Assembly: GCA_050173015.1 (NCBI GenBank)
Contig: JBFXLE010000013.1
Span: 1 to 64,000 of the forward strand
DNA from: Calditrichaceae bacterium
GTDB lineage: Bacteria; Calditrichota; Calditrichia; Calditrichales; JBFXGD01
Direction: 5' to 3'
Length of the DNA stretch: 64,000 bases
This document shows positions 37,506 through 47,193 of this stretch, one piece after another. The notes under the pieces were generated by a model, which was not told the DNA's origin, did not search any database, and was given only the letters and a program-made list of their open reading frames with translations. Each line of letters starts with the position of its first letter. Within the stretch, counting starts at the first letter, position 1. Both the position numbers and the translations under genes were made by a program.

Positions 37506-39267
37506 CGCCCGGGTGATCAAGGACCGGTCGAAATCGATCATAAAAGGTCTTGATATCCTCTTTTTGGTATTAAGTCTTGGCGCCATCGCCAGCCTTGTCG
37601 CGCAGTACGGTTTTTATCTTTCCGTGACAATGGAACGGTGGTTCGAACGCATGGATATAATAATCGTTCACTACTTCGTTCTGCATTATATTCTCAAGCT
37701 GATACTGGTTGAAGACCGGCTCGATTATCTTAAAAAGCATTGGTTTCAGGGTGTTCTGGTGGTACTGATCATCTCACAGACCGTATTGATTATCAATACG
37801 CTGGGGATTGACTTAATTCAAAAATATTTTTCTAACTTAAACGTCTCCGCGATCACAAGACTTACAATTATTTATGTCCAGATAATCATCCTTCTTTCCG
37901 TTATCAGCGCGGCAATCCGCTATAATCGAAAAATAGCTTCTCTAAGGTTTCATCCCGCTCAGACCATTTTGATGAGCTTTTTACTGGTTATCCTGGTGGG
38001 TACCGTGTTATTGCAAATGCCCAGGGCAAGCGCCACGGGTGAAACCATAGGCTTCCTTGACGCGCTATTTACATCCACCAGCGCTACATGTGTGACAGGA
38101 TTGATCGTGGTGGATACGGGGAGCTATTTTTCTTTAACCGGTCAAATCATCATTTTGATGTTAATCCAGATTGGCGGGTTAGGAATAATGACACTCTCAA
38201 GTTCCCTGGCCATGTTTTTCGGCCAGGGAGTCGGAATCAGGGAGCGGGTTTTGCTTCAGGAGATGATGAATATCGACCGGCTGGGAATGATAACAAGCAG
38301 TTTGCGAAATGCGGTTCTCCTAACATTTTCGTTTGAGGCAATCGGATCAATTATGCTTTTCTTTTCATGGAATCATCCGGATTGGTCCATGGGAGAGAGG
38401 ATTTACCACTCTGTATTTCATTCAATCTCAGCGTTTTGTAACGCGGGATTTTCATTAAATTCAGATTCTCTTATGAGTTACAGCAATAATTACCCGGTCC
38501 TGCTGATCATTGCCGTTTTGATAATATTCGGCGGGCTGGGTTTTGTTGTAATCATGGAACTGGGCGGCGCGCGTGTATTTTCCGCGAACAAATCGGCAAA
38601 AAACAAAAAATGGTCGGTACAGACAAAACTGGTTGTGCTGATATCAACGATATTGCTGGTTGCGGGAACATTTGTTATCTTTATTCTTGAAAGTTCTGAC
38701 GGTTCGGTCGGGGACAGGTTAATGCAGGCATTCTTCAGTTCAGTAACGGCCCGCACGGCCGGTTTTAATACGCTGGATTTTGCCCGTTTATCCATGCCCG
38801 CCACATTGCTGATTTTGATATTAATGTTTATCGGAGCTTCACCAGGGTCAACGGGAGGCGGAATAAAAACAACAACGCTTGGAGTGCTGTTCGGAAGCTT
38901 ATATTCAATTATAACCGGCCATAATAAAATTAAAATGTTTAACCGGAATGTTTCGTTTATGGTGCTGAACAGAGCCCTGGTGGTTTTCGCGTTTTCGATA
39001 ACAGTGATAGCCGTTTCGACATTTTTTCTTTCAATCACCGAGAACGCGCAATATCTGGATATTCTGTTTGAGGAAATCTCCGCCTTTGGCACGGTAGGGC
39101 TATCAAGGGGTTTGACGCCAAATCTTACAGGATGGGGAAGATTTATTATCATTTTAACGATGTTTATCGGAAGGATTGGGACATTGACGCTGGCATTCGC
39201 GATAACCACTCCTAAAGAAAACCAAAAAATTGAATATCCTACCGAACGAAATATTATGATAGGATAG
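37483..39267 (+). CDS. trkH: Trk/Ktr K+ uptake membrane subunit with N-terminal TM extension
   Basis: Four pore motifs SATCVTGL, SAFCNAGF, TARTAGF, SAFGTVGL; GSTGGGIK; exact start uncertain. Confidence 0.9.
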   Translation: MALLTGFNARVIKDRSKSIIKGLDILFLVLSLGAIASLVAQYGFYLSVTMERWFERMDIIIVHYFVLHYILKLILVEDRLDYLKKHWFQGVLVVLIISQTVLIINTLGIDLIQKYFSNLNVSAITRLTIIYVQIIILLSVISAAIRYNRKIASLRFHPAQTILMSFLLVILVGTVLLQMPRASATGETIGFLDALFTSTSATCVTGLIVVDTGSYFSLTGQIIILMLIQIGGLGIMTLSSSLAMFFGQGVGIRERVLLQEMMNIDRLGMITSSLRNAVLLTFSFEAIGSIMLFFSWNHPDWSMGERIYHSVFHSISAFCNAGFSLNSDSLMSYSNNYPVLLIIAVLIIFGGLGFVVIMELGGARVFSANKSAKNKKWSVQTKLVVLISTILLVAGTFVIFILESSDGSVGDRLMQAFFSSVTARTAGFNTLDFARLSMPATLLILILMFIGASPGSTGGGIKTTTLGVLFGSLYSIITGHNKIKMFNRNVSFMVLNRALVVFAFSITVIAVSTFFLSITENAQYLDILFEEISAFGTVGLSRGLTPNLTGWGRFIIILTMFIGRIGTLTLAFAITTPKENQKIEYPTERNIMIG

Positions 39268-39278
39268 AGGAGTTATTT

Positions 39279-39959
39279 ATGGATAAATATTTAATCATCG
39301 GCCTGGGTGTGTTTGGGAAAGAATTGGCGACAAATCTGATCGAGAAGGGCGCCGAGGTGATCGTTGTGGATAAAAGCATGACTCTTGTCGAAGAAATGCA
39401 GGATATGGTCACTTACGCGGTAAAACTGGATGCCACGGATGAATCCGCACTTTCAGCGCTCGGTGTCGCGGATATTGATGTAGCTGTCGTGTGCATAGGG
39501 GAACATTTTGAATCAAATCTATTGGCTGCCGTCAATCTCAAACATCTTGGAGTAAAGAAAGTGATCGCCCGCGCATCGGATCCGGTTCATGTCAAAATCC
39601 TGAGAGCAGTCGGTGTGGACATGATCATCACGCCGGAGGTTGAAGCGGCGGAAAAACTATCTTACCGGCTGATGCATAAAGGTCTGATTGATATTACCTT
39701 TATTGGTGACGGTAACGCCGCGGCCAAAGTGGCAGCTCCGAAAGTATTTATAGGCAAGTCAATCGCGCAGATTGCGTTGCGGGTAAAATACGGTGTAAAT
39801 TTAATAGCAATTCAGTCTCCGCGGAAGGAGGATAAAGATGGAACCCCCCTGCCGCCTGTCATCAATAATAATCCATCGGCGGATACAATAATCACTGAAG
39901 GTGATATGATGATTGTCATCGGAAGTAATCGTGATTTGCAAAATTTGACCAAATTATAG
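39279..39959 (+). CDS. trkA: TrkA/KtrA RCK regulatory subunit
   Basis: IGLGVFG Rossmann motif, DATD, C-terminal TrkA_C domain. Confidence 0.92.
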   Translation: MDKYLIIGLGVFGKELATNLIEKGAEVIVVDKSMTLVEEMQDMVTYAVKLDATDESALSALGVADIDVAVVCIGEHFESNLLAAVNLKHLGVKKVIARASDPVHVKILRAVGVDMIITPEVEAAEKLSYRLMHKGLIDITFIGDGNAAAKVAAPKVFIGKSIAQIALRVKYGVNLIAIQSPRKEDKDGTPLPPVINNNPSADTIITEGDMMIVIGSNRDLQNLTKL

Positions 39960-40009
39960 TTCCCGAACGCGAATAAATGATTTAAATCTGTTTTAAAGTG
40001 CATTTTTTC

Positions 40010-40038
40010 TTGACATTAATGGCCTTGTGAAATATATT
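40010..40038 (+). promoter_or_regulatory. Sigma-70 promoter of tRNA-Arg
   Basis: TTGACA-N17-TATATT. Confidence 0.7.
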
Positions 40039-40058
40039 TCGCCTCCGTGTAAAATCAC

Positions 40059-40132
40059 GCGCCTGTAGCTCAATTGGATAGAGCGTTGGATTCCGGTTCC
40101 AAAGGTTGGGGGTTCGATTCCCTCCAGGCGTA
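40059..40132 (+). tRNA. tRNA-Arg(CCG)
   Basis: Acceptor GCGCCTG/CAGGCGT, anticodon arm TTGGA-TTCCGGT-TCCAA, T-loop GGTTCGATTCC; CCA not encoded. Confidence 0.96.
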
Positions 40133-40275
40133 CTTTTTATGGGTAAAATTAGTAACTGTGAAAGAGTCCCGAATTTAAATGCTTGACGTCATGCCGAAAT
40201 TATCGTCCGGTTTTATTTTTACTTTCCAAACAGGGTTTTTCACAAATTTAATATCTGAAATAGATTGAGGATCTT

Positions 40276-41706
40276 ATGGCTGAGAAGGTGACACCGAGAG
40301 AAGTTGATTATTCACGCTGGTACACGGACGTGGTTTTACAGGCGAAGCTGGCAGATTATTCACCCGTAAAAGGCGCGATGGTTATACGGCCGAACGGATA
40401 TGCTATATGGGAAATGATCCAGAGCAATCTTGATAAAATGTTTAAGGATTCAGGACACGTTAATGCCTATTTCCCGCTTTTGATACCAGAAAGTTTTATG
40501 AAAAAAGAAGCCGAGCATGTGGAAGGTTTTGCCCCTGAGTGCGCGGTTGTAACGCACGGCGGAGGTCAGGAGCTGGAAGAAAAATTATATATCCGGCCCA
40601 CTTCCGAGACGATGATCTGGAGCATGTATAAAAAATGGATCATGAGTTACAGGGATTTGCCGATCCTGATAAATCAGTGGGCAAATGTCATGCGCTGGGA
40701 GCTTCGTACAAGGTTATTCCTGAGAACATCAGAATTCCTTTGGCAGGAAGGACATACCGCCCATGAAACTTATGATGAGGCGGAGGAAGAGTCATTAAAA
40801 CTGCTGGAAATTTACCGAACTTTTTCCGAAGAATTTTTAGCGATTCCCGTGATTCCGGGTAAAAAATCGGATTCTGAAAAATTTGCAGGCGCGCTTCATA
40901 CTTATTGTATTGAAGCGATGATGCAGGACCGTAAGGCGCTCCAGGCAGGGACTTCCCACCATCTGGGACAAAATTTCGCGAAAGCGTTCGATGTGCAGTT
41001 TCAGGACAGAGAAGGGAAATTGAATTATGTTTGGGCCACTTCCTGGGGGGTAAGTACAAGATTAATCGGCGCGCTTATCATGACTCACAGCGACGATCGT
41101 GGGGTTGTTATACCTCCGCGTGTGGCGCAGCGGCCCGTAGTGATTGTTCCGATCTGGCGTGGGGATGATCAGAAAAAAGTCGTTCTTGATTATGCCGATT
41201 CCGTATATAAAGAGTTAAAGACTCAACATAATGTGATATTTGATGACCGGGATCAATATAAACCCGGATATAAATTTGCAGACTGGGAATTGCAGGGAAT
41301 CCCTATCCGGCTCGAGATCGGTCCAAAGGATGTCGAGAAGAACCAGATGGTAATGGTTCGAAGGGACACGCTTGAGAAAAAGAACGTGAACAGAGATGGG
41401 ATTTTGGAACGAGTCACTTCGGAATTAGAGCTCATGCAGAAGGAATTATTGGAACGGGCAAGGAATTTTCAGAATGAGAATACGTTTGAAATTGATAATT
41501 ATGATCGGTTCAAAGACGTTATCGCGAAAGACGGGGGATTCATCAAAAGTCATTGGTGTGGAAGCCCTGAATGCGAGGCAAAGGTAAAGGATGACACAAA
41601 AGCGACGCTTCGGTGTATCCCGTTTGATCAGCAAAAAGAGAGCGGCAAATGTATTATCTGCGGTAAAGATTCAGAGGGACGCGTAATATTCGCGAAGGCC
41701 TATTAA
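40276..41706 (+). CDS. proS: Proline--tRNA ligase (archaeal/eukaryotic type)
   Basis: [44 protein letters not shown]-terminal Zn-binding Cys and AKAY. Confidence 0.97.
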   Translation: MAEKVTPREVDYSRWYTDVVLQAKLADYSPVKGAMVIRPNGYAIWEMIQSNLDKMFKDSGHVNAYFPLLIPESFMKKEAEHVEGFAPECAVVTHGGGQELEEKLYIRPTSETMIWSMYKKWIMSYRDLPILINQWANVMRWELRTRLFLRTSEFLWQEGHTAHETYDEAEEESLKLLEIYRTFSEEFLAIPVIPGKKSDSEKFAGALHTYCIEAMMQDRKALQAGTSHHLGQNFAKAFDVQFQDREGKLNYVWATSWGVSTRLIGALIMTHSDDRGVVIPPRVAQRPVVIVPIWRGDDQKKVVLDYADSVYKELKTQHNVIFDDRDQYKPGYKFADWELQGIPIRLEIGPKDVEKNQMVMVRRDTLEKKNVNRDGILERVTSELELMQKELLERARNFQNENTFEIDNYDRFKDVIAKDGGFIKSHWCGSPECEAKVKDDTKATLRCIPFDQQKESGKCIICGKDSEGRVIFAKAY

Positions 41707-41792
41707 TAAGTTTTTGTGTTCTTCGGAAACTTAAAGAGCGTTTTTGGAGTAGATTTTATAAAATCGGATATTCATTGAAATAAAGAAGAAAT

Positions 41793-42623
41793 ATGAATAA
41801 CAACAAGTCTTTTGGTTTTGGACCGGGCGGTGTCCTGCCTCCGGCTGTAAAGAATATCATCTTCCTCAATGGGGTGGTGTTTTTAATGCAGTTTATAAAT
41901 CCGAGCCTCAACAGCGTTCTGGTCAATAATTTCGCGCTCGATCCGTATGGTGTGCTGCACCAGTTCAAAATTTGGCAATTGGTGACATACATGTTTCTGC
42001 ACGGCGGATTCTGGCATGTGTTTTTCAATATGTTCATTTTCTGGATGTTTGGAGCGGAACTGGAACGGGAGTGGGGAACGAGAGAGTTTTTAAAATACTA
42101 TTTTTTAACGGGAATCGGAGCGGGTTTAACAGTAATTCTACTCTCCAACGCCCCGACAATCGGCGCCTCAGGCGCGGTTTACGGTATTATGGTTGCCTAT
42201 GCTTTAAGATATCCTGACCGGATGATATACATCTACTTTCTTTTTCCGGTTAAGGTTAAATATTTTATGGCATTTCTTGCTCTGGTCTCTTTCTTTTCGA
42301 CACTTGGTCCGGGTACGGACGGGATCGCGCACGCGGCGCATCTTGGCGGAATGGTGATCGGATTTGTTTACCTGAAATACTGGTATCTGTTTTATAAAAT
42401 CAAAGGCAGCTTTGATTCTATATCTAAAAAAGCTTCTCGTAACGCGGATATGAAATACACCAAAGGCGGGTCGGATAAAACCCAGTATTACAGACAGGTT
42501 TTGGATGATTTACTGGATAAAATGAATCGGGTTGGATTCATGAATCTGACCGAAGAGGAGCGGAAACTGCTTGACGAGAGCAGTAAATATCTCCGCGAAC
42601 ATGATGAAGGAAATTATAATTAA
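41793..42623 (+). CDS. Rhomboid intramembrane serine protease
   Basis: WQLVTYMFLH, HVFFNM, GASG, AHLGG. Confidence 0.93.
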   Translation: MNNNKSFGFGPGGVLPPAVKNIIFLNGVVFLMQFINPSLNSVLVNNFALDPYGVLHQFKIWQLVTYMFLHGGFWHVFFNMFIFWMFGAELEREWGTREFLKYYFLTGIGAGLTVILLSNAPTIGASGAVYGIMVAYALRYPDRMIYIYFLFPVKVKYFMAFLALVSFFSTLGPGTDGIAHAAHLGGMVIGFVYLKYWYLFYKIKGSFDSISKKASRNADMKYTKGGSDKTQYYRQVLDDLLDKMNRVGFMNLTEEERKLLDESSKYLREHDEGNYN

Positions 42624-42656
42624 TGACAGATAAGTCTTTCAAGGGAGGCTGTCTCA

Positions 42657-42893
42657 ATGGCTTACTTCGAGAATTTACGGTGCAGCGCTGAAGATTGTCA
42701 TTATAATCATGATATGTTATGCTATCGGGAATCAATCACACTTGACCTAAACGGTACGTGTGAGGACATGACGGATTGCGATGATTTTGAATGTCATGAT
42801 TGTGAGTTTTTCGATTTTTGTAAAAAAGAAAAAAAATTCAATTCAGCTGCTTTCACGGGGAACGAAGATTATTACAACGAAGACGAATATTGA
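42657..42893 (+). CDS. Small acidic Cys-rich protein (DUF1540-like)
   Basis: GGAGG RBS; 8 Cys in 78 aa with C-x4-C-x-YN-x4-C pattern; followed by a terminator. Confidence 0.7.
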   Translation: MAYFENLRCSAEDCHYNHDMLCYRESITLDLNGTCEDMTDCDDFECHDCEFFDFCKKEKKFNSAAFTGNEDYYNEDEY

Positions 42894-42914
42894 TCCCCGT
42901 CGTCGCACGAAATG

Positions 42915-42946
42915 AAAAAGCCCGGTAATTTGCCGGGCTTTTTTTT
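42915..42946. terminator. Bidirectional intrinsic terminator
   Basis: aaaaagcccggtaa-t-ttgccgggcttttttt between convergent genes. Confidence 0.85.
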
Positions 42947-44072
42947 ATAATGGATATGAATAAATCCTGTATTTCTTGTATATCCGCGAACCAACAGCCT
43001 CAATCGCGCGATTCATGGCGTGGTTATCTTCCAGAATCCATGACATTTCACCCGCCTGATAGCCCAATTTTCTGGCTCGGCGAATCGATTCAATATAAAA
43101 GATGGCGCCTAAGCCAAGAAACTGATACTCTTTTTTGACTCCGAGTATCACGACACGGACGGTTTTTATCTTTTTTAATCCCGTAAGCAGTTTAAATATT
43201 CCGGTCGGCAGCAACCGGCCATTGGGGATTTTTGCAAAAATTTCATTGACATTAGGAAGCGTGACGCTAAAGCCTATGGGCTCGCCGTTTTTCTCGGCCA
43301 AAAGGAGTAGATTCTCATCGGCGATATCCTTTAAATCCGCCGCGACATGGTTTATCTCCTCATCAGTGAAAGGGACAAAGCCCCAGTTTTCACTCCAGGC
43401 GTTATTGTATATCTCTTTGACCAGTTTGATCTCATTTTTAAGATCTTTTACCTTCAAATTGCGGATTTTCAGGTCATATTTTTTAATAATCTTTTCGGAG
43501 ACCCTTATCATCTTCTCGGTGATGTTTTTTTCCGCTTCTTCCGTTGTAATCATCCATGCATAAAGATCTTTAGCTTTTACATTTCCGAATCCCTCAACAA
43601 TCCCGGGATAGTAATCCGGATTATGCGTCATCATCAGATACGGCGGCGTGTCAAATCCGGTAATCAGAAGACCCGCCTCGTCGTTTGTGGATGGGTTCAT
43701 CGGGCCGATCATCACATCGCGTTTTTTCTCTTTAAGCCAGTCCGCGGCAGCCCGGAAGAGGGCATTTGCGGCATCCTGGTCATCGATACAGTCAAAGAAG
43801 CCCCAGAATCCAGTCTTATCATTATGAAAATCGTTGTAGTTACGGTTTGTGATGGCCGCTATGCGTCCAACAATTTTCCCGTTTTTGTGAGCTAAAAACA
43901 TCTCCATTTCGGAATGTGAAAAGAAGGGATTCTTTTTTGGGTTGAGCAAATCTTTTCTTGCCAGTTTCAAAGGGCTCACCCAGTTTGGAGTGTGCCGGTT
44001 GATTTCCCACTCAAAGTTGATGAAACTTTTTTTTTCTTTCGCGGATCGGACAGGTTCAACTCTTACTTCCAT
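42945..44072 (-). CDS. Tandem-GNAT acyltransferase, candidate bacterial ceramide synthase (bCerS)
   Basis: VGRIAA, GFWGFFDC, GPMNPSTNDE.GLL, MM.HNP.YY, AW..NWGFVP, EMSWILEDN; immediately downstream of spt. Confidence 0.75.
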   Translation of the reverse strand: MEVRVEPVRSAKEKKSFINFEWEINRHTPNWVSPLKLARKDLLNPKKNPFFSHSEMEMFLAHKNGKIVGRIAAITNRNYNDFHNDKTGFWGFFDCIDDQDAANALFRAAADWLKEKKRDVMIGPMNPSTNDEAGLLITGFDTPPYLMMTHNPDYYPGIVEGFGNVKAKDLYAWMITTEEAEKNITEKMIRVSEKIIKKYDLKIRNLKVKDLKNEIKLVKEIYNNAWSENWGFVPFTDEEINHVAADLKDIADENLLLLAEKNGEPIGFSVTLPNVNEIFAKIPNGRLLPTGIFKLLTGLKKIKTVRVVILGVKKEYQFLGLGAIFYIESIRRARKLGYQAGEMSWILEDNHAMNRAIEAVGSRIYKKYRIYSYPL

Positions 44073-44093
44073 ATTTTATCCTCGCTTAAAGAA

Positions 44094-45281
44094 TTAGATG
44101 ATTCCTGTTTCTTTGCCGATTCTTTTCATGATATCAAGAACCTGCTCCAAATCTTCATCAGTATGACTGGACATAAAACTTGTTCTCAGGAGCGCCTGGT
44201 CTGGCGGCACCGCCGGGCTGATAACTGCGTTGGCAAATACACCGGCATCAAATAATTTCCGCCAGAAATAAAAGGTTTTTTCATCATTCCGCACAAAAAT
44301 AGGAATTATTGGTGTATCATTGCTTACCCCTGTGTCAAATCCAATGGATTGAAATTCTTTACGCATAAAAGACGCGATATATTGAAGTCTTTGTAGATGT
44401 TCCGGTTCACTCTTTATGATATCGATCGCTTTCATTACCGAAGCGGTTGCCGCGGGTGTGGGCGATGCGCTAAAAATCAAAGGACTGGCTTTATGTTTGA
44501 TATAGCTGATAACCTCCTCGCTGCCGGCAATAAATCCGCCAATGGAAGCAAGAGATTTGCTGAAAGTACTCATGACAATATCCACATCCTCTTCAAAACC
44601 GAGATGTTCACAACTGCCTCTTCCGTTTTTTCCAAGCACGCCTACACCATGGGCTTCATCAATATAAACCCGCGCATTATATTTTTTTGCAATTTCTATT
44701 AATTTATCAAGCTTTACAAGATCGCCTTCCATACTAAAGACTCCGTCGCTGACGATCATCTTGCCTTTTTCAGGTTCGAGACGCGAAATAACCCGTTCCA
44801 GGTCTTCCATATCATTATGCCGGTATCTCTTAATGTTAGCGCCCAGAGCCGCGATTGTTCCGGCGTAAATTGACGCGTGATCCGCTTTATCCATGATGAT
44901 ATAATCATCTTTTCCCGCCAGGGTCGAGATAGCCCCTAAATTAGTCATATAGCCCGTGCTGAAAATAAGGGCGGCTTCACGATTCATGAATTGGGCGATT
45001 TTCTGTTCCAGTTCAAGATGCATGTCAAGTGTGCCGTTTAAAAAACGGGAACCGGAACAGCTGGTACCATATTTTCTGGTGGCTTCGATCGCTGCTTCAA
45101 TAACACGGGGATCCTGAGTCAGGCCAAGATAATTATTTGAACCGATCATGATCACTTCATGTCCGTCCATCCGGACCCGGGGGCCGTCATTACCGGAAAG
45201 TGGTATAAAATAGGGATACATTCCCGCTTTTATTGTTTCCTTAGCGCGGGTGAAATTTTTGCATTTAGTAAATATATCCAA
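44094..45281 (-). CDS. spt: Alpha-oxoamine synthase, probable serine palmitoyltransferase
   Basis: G.YPYF, GSNNYLGL, GTSCSGSRFLNGT, HASI, DEAH, TFSKS (PLP Lys); TTG start after GGAGG. Confidence 0.82.
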   Translation of the reverse strand: MDIFTKCKNFTRAKETIKAGMYPYFIPLSGNDGPRVRMDGHEVIMIGSNNYLGLTQDPRVIEAAIEATRKYGTSCSGSRFLNGTLDMHLELEQKIAQFMNREAALIFSTGYMTNLGAISTLAGKDDYIIMDKADHASIYAGTIAALGANIKRYRHNDMEDLERVISRLEPEKGKMIVSDGVFSMEGDLVKLDKLIEIAKKYNARVYIDEAHGVGVLGKNGRGSCEHLGFEEDVDIVMSTFSKSLASIGGFIAGSEEVISYIKHKASPLIFSASPTPAATASVMKAIDIIKSEPEHLQRLQYIASFMRKEFQSIGFDTGVSNDTPIIPIFVRNDEKTFYFWRKLFDAGVFANAVISPAVPPDQALLRTSFMSSHTDEDLEQVLDIMKRIGKETGII

Positions 45282-45480
45282 TAACCCTCCTGGAAAAAAA
45301 TGAAGTTTCAATTAAGGATTTCAGGATTTTAAAGTCCTTTTAATAAATAAAAAATAATAAATTAACAATGGTAAAAAGTTTGCGAAATTTAATAAACTTT
45401 TTTAAAATATGCTAATCATTTTATGAGAACCGATCTATAAAATTATAAAAAACAATAAATTGCAAAGAAAGTTTTTTTGA

Positions 45481-46461
45481 ATGAAAATTTTATTGACAGG
45501 CGCGACAGGATTTATCGGCAGCTTCCTTGCTGAATCGCTGCTAAACAGGGGATATGAAGTCCGTTGTCTCGTTCGCAGTACAAGCAACCTGCGATGGATC
45601 GCGGATCTTGATGTTGAATGTTTTTACGGCAGTCTTAATGACCGGAAAGCGCTTGGCGACGCGATAAAGGATGTGGATTACGTTTATCATATTGCCGGCG
45701 TGACAAAGGCGGACAGCGAAGAGAAGTTCTACCGGGGTAATTATGAAGGCACAAAAAATCTGATTGACGCTGTTATAAATTCGAAACACAAAATTAAGCG
45801 GTTTCTGATGGTGAGTTCTCAGGCCGCCTGTGGGCCAAGTCCCACAATCAGTCCCGTTAATGAGTCTATCGATCCTGTACCGATTACCTTCTATGGTAGA
45901 AGCAAGCTCGCTGCGGAGAGATATGTCATGGGACTCAGCAAAAAAGTGCCGGTTACTATCGTCAGACCACCGGTCGTATATGGTCCTCGCGATACTGATG
46001 TGCTCGAAATGTTTAAAACAGCAAAAATGCGCCTGATTCCGCAATTGGGCGGAAGGGAAAAGTATTTTAGCCTGATATATGCAAAAGATCTTGTGAATGG
46101 TATCATCCTTGCCGCAGAAAATAAAAAATCCGCCGGGAAAATATACTTTCTGGCGAATTCAAAGCCGGTCAGCGCGGACGAATTTGCGCGGATTATACTG
46201 GATTTGCTGGGTAAAAGAGGAATCCGCGTGAGTATTCCCATGCCGTTGATGAAATTGATAGCAACGGTTTCAGAGACCTATGCAAAATTTTCAGGGAAAG
46301 ATACGATTATTAACCGCCAGAAGATTCTCGAAATGGAACCGGATTTCTGGGTATGCAGCGCTAAAAAAGCAAAGGAAGATTTTGGTTTTGAAGCAGAAAC
46401 ATCTCTGGAAGATGGTATCCGGGAGACACTGAGCTGGTATGTCAGAAACAACTGGTTATAA
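45481..46461 (+). CDS. NAD-dependent epimerase/dehydratase (extended SDR), candidate ceramide/3-keto reductase
   Basis: TGATGFIG, SSQAA, YGRSK catalytic motif, VYGPRD; divergent from spt. Confidence 0.8.
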   Translation: MKILLTGATGFIGSFLAESLLNRGYEVRCLVRSTSNLRWIADLDVECFYGSLNDRKALGDAIKDVDYVYHIAGVTKADSEEKFYRGNYEGTKNLIDAVINSKHKIKRFLMVSSQAACGPSPTISPVNESIDPVPITFYGRSKLAAERYVMGLSKKVPVTIVRPPVVYGPRDTDVLEMFKTAKMRLIPQLGGREKYFSLIYAKDLVNGIILAAENKKSAGKIYFLANSKPVSADEFARIILDLLGKRGIRVSIPMPLMKLIATVSETYAKFSGKDTIINRQKILEMEPDFWVCSAKKAKEDFGFEAETSLEDGIRETLSWYVRNNWL

Positions 46462-47191
46462 TAAAAATTGGTATAAAGAATGGTTCGGTGAAGATTATCT
46501 AACCGTATATGAACACCGTGACCAGGATGACGCGCTGAAATTAATCGATTTGATCTTCAGAGAAGTCCCCATTAAAATCCAAAGCAAAATCCTTGATGTG
46601 GCGTGCGGAAACGGACGTCATGCTTATTTGTTAGGGGATCAGTCATACAAAGTTTTTGGTGTTGATCTGTCGGCGCATCTTCTCGAAGAGGCAAAAAACA
46701 GACAGACTGCCGGAATTTCCCCTTCACTTGCCCAGGCAGATATGCGATATTTGCCGTTTCGCCCGCAATATTTCGATGTTATTTTTAGTTTGTTTACATC
46801 GTTCGGATATTTTGAGAAGGACCGGACGAACCAATCCGTCGCGATGGAGCTGTCCAGGGTTTTAAAGAAGGAAGGATATTTTGTGATGGATTACTTAAAT
46901 CCCGATTATGTTGTCGCCAATTTAAACCCCTACGGAAACCGGAGAGCCGGTGATCTCGAGATTGAAGAGGAACGCTGGGTTGATGAAAAGAGAGTTTATA
47001 AAAAAATCACGATCAACAAAAATGCCGGACACAAGGTGTTTTATGAATCAGTCCGCTTGTATTCAGCAAAAGAAATGACTGAAATTCTGGGAACAGCCGG
47101 AATCCGTATCGAAAAATTATTTGGTGAGTATGACGGAAGCGTTTACCATCCGGGATCGAGCCGGATGATCATATTTGGAAAGAAAGATTAA
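46439..47191 (+). CDS. Class I SAM-dependent methyltransferase
   Basis: LDVACGNGRH motif I, GVDLS, ADMR, LFTSFGYF; abuts bshC. Confidence 0.88.
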   Translation: MSETTGYNKNWYKEWFGEDYLTVYEHRDQDDALKLIDLIFREVPIKIQSKILDVACGNGRHAYLLGDQSYKVFGVDLSAHLLEEAKNRQTAGISPSLAQADMRYLPFRPQYFDVIFSLFTSFGYFEKDRTNQSVAMELSRVLKKEGYFVMDYLNPDYVVANLNPYGNRRAGDLEIEEERWVDEKRVYKKITINKNAGHKVFYESVRLYSAKEMTEILGTAGIRIEKLFGEYDGSVYHPGSSRMIIFGKKD

Positions 47192-47193
47192 AT

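Noticed and set aside
38490-39209. 239-aa antisense ORF and the many other short overlapping ORFs in the track
   Set aside because: They shadow well-supported genes on the opposite strand or frame and have no motifs
40059-40275. tRNA-Arg (and tRNA-Leu at 57124) as island integration sites
   Set aside because: No integrase, no duplicated tRNA 3' end seen, and the flanks are housekeeping genes
40276-41706. Archaeal/eukaryotic-type ProS as a horizontal-transfer novelty
   Set aside because: This type is normal in several bacterial phyla, including FCB-group lineages
44094-45281. BioF (biotin) or Kbl (threonine catabolism)
   Set aside because: No bio or tdh neighbours; the YPYF and GSRFLNGT motifs and the adjacent GNAT favour SPT, though phylogeny is needed to confirm
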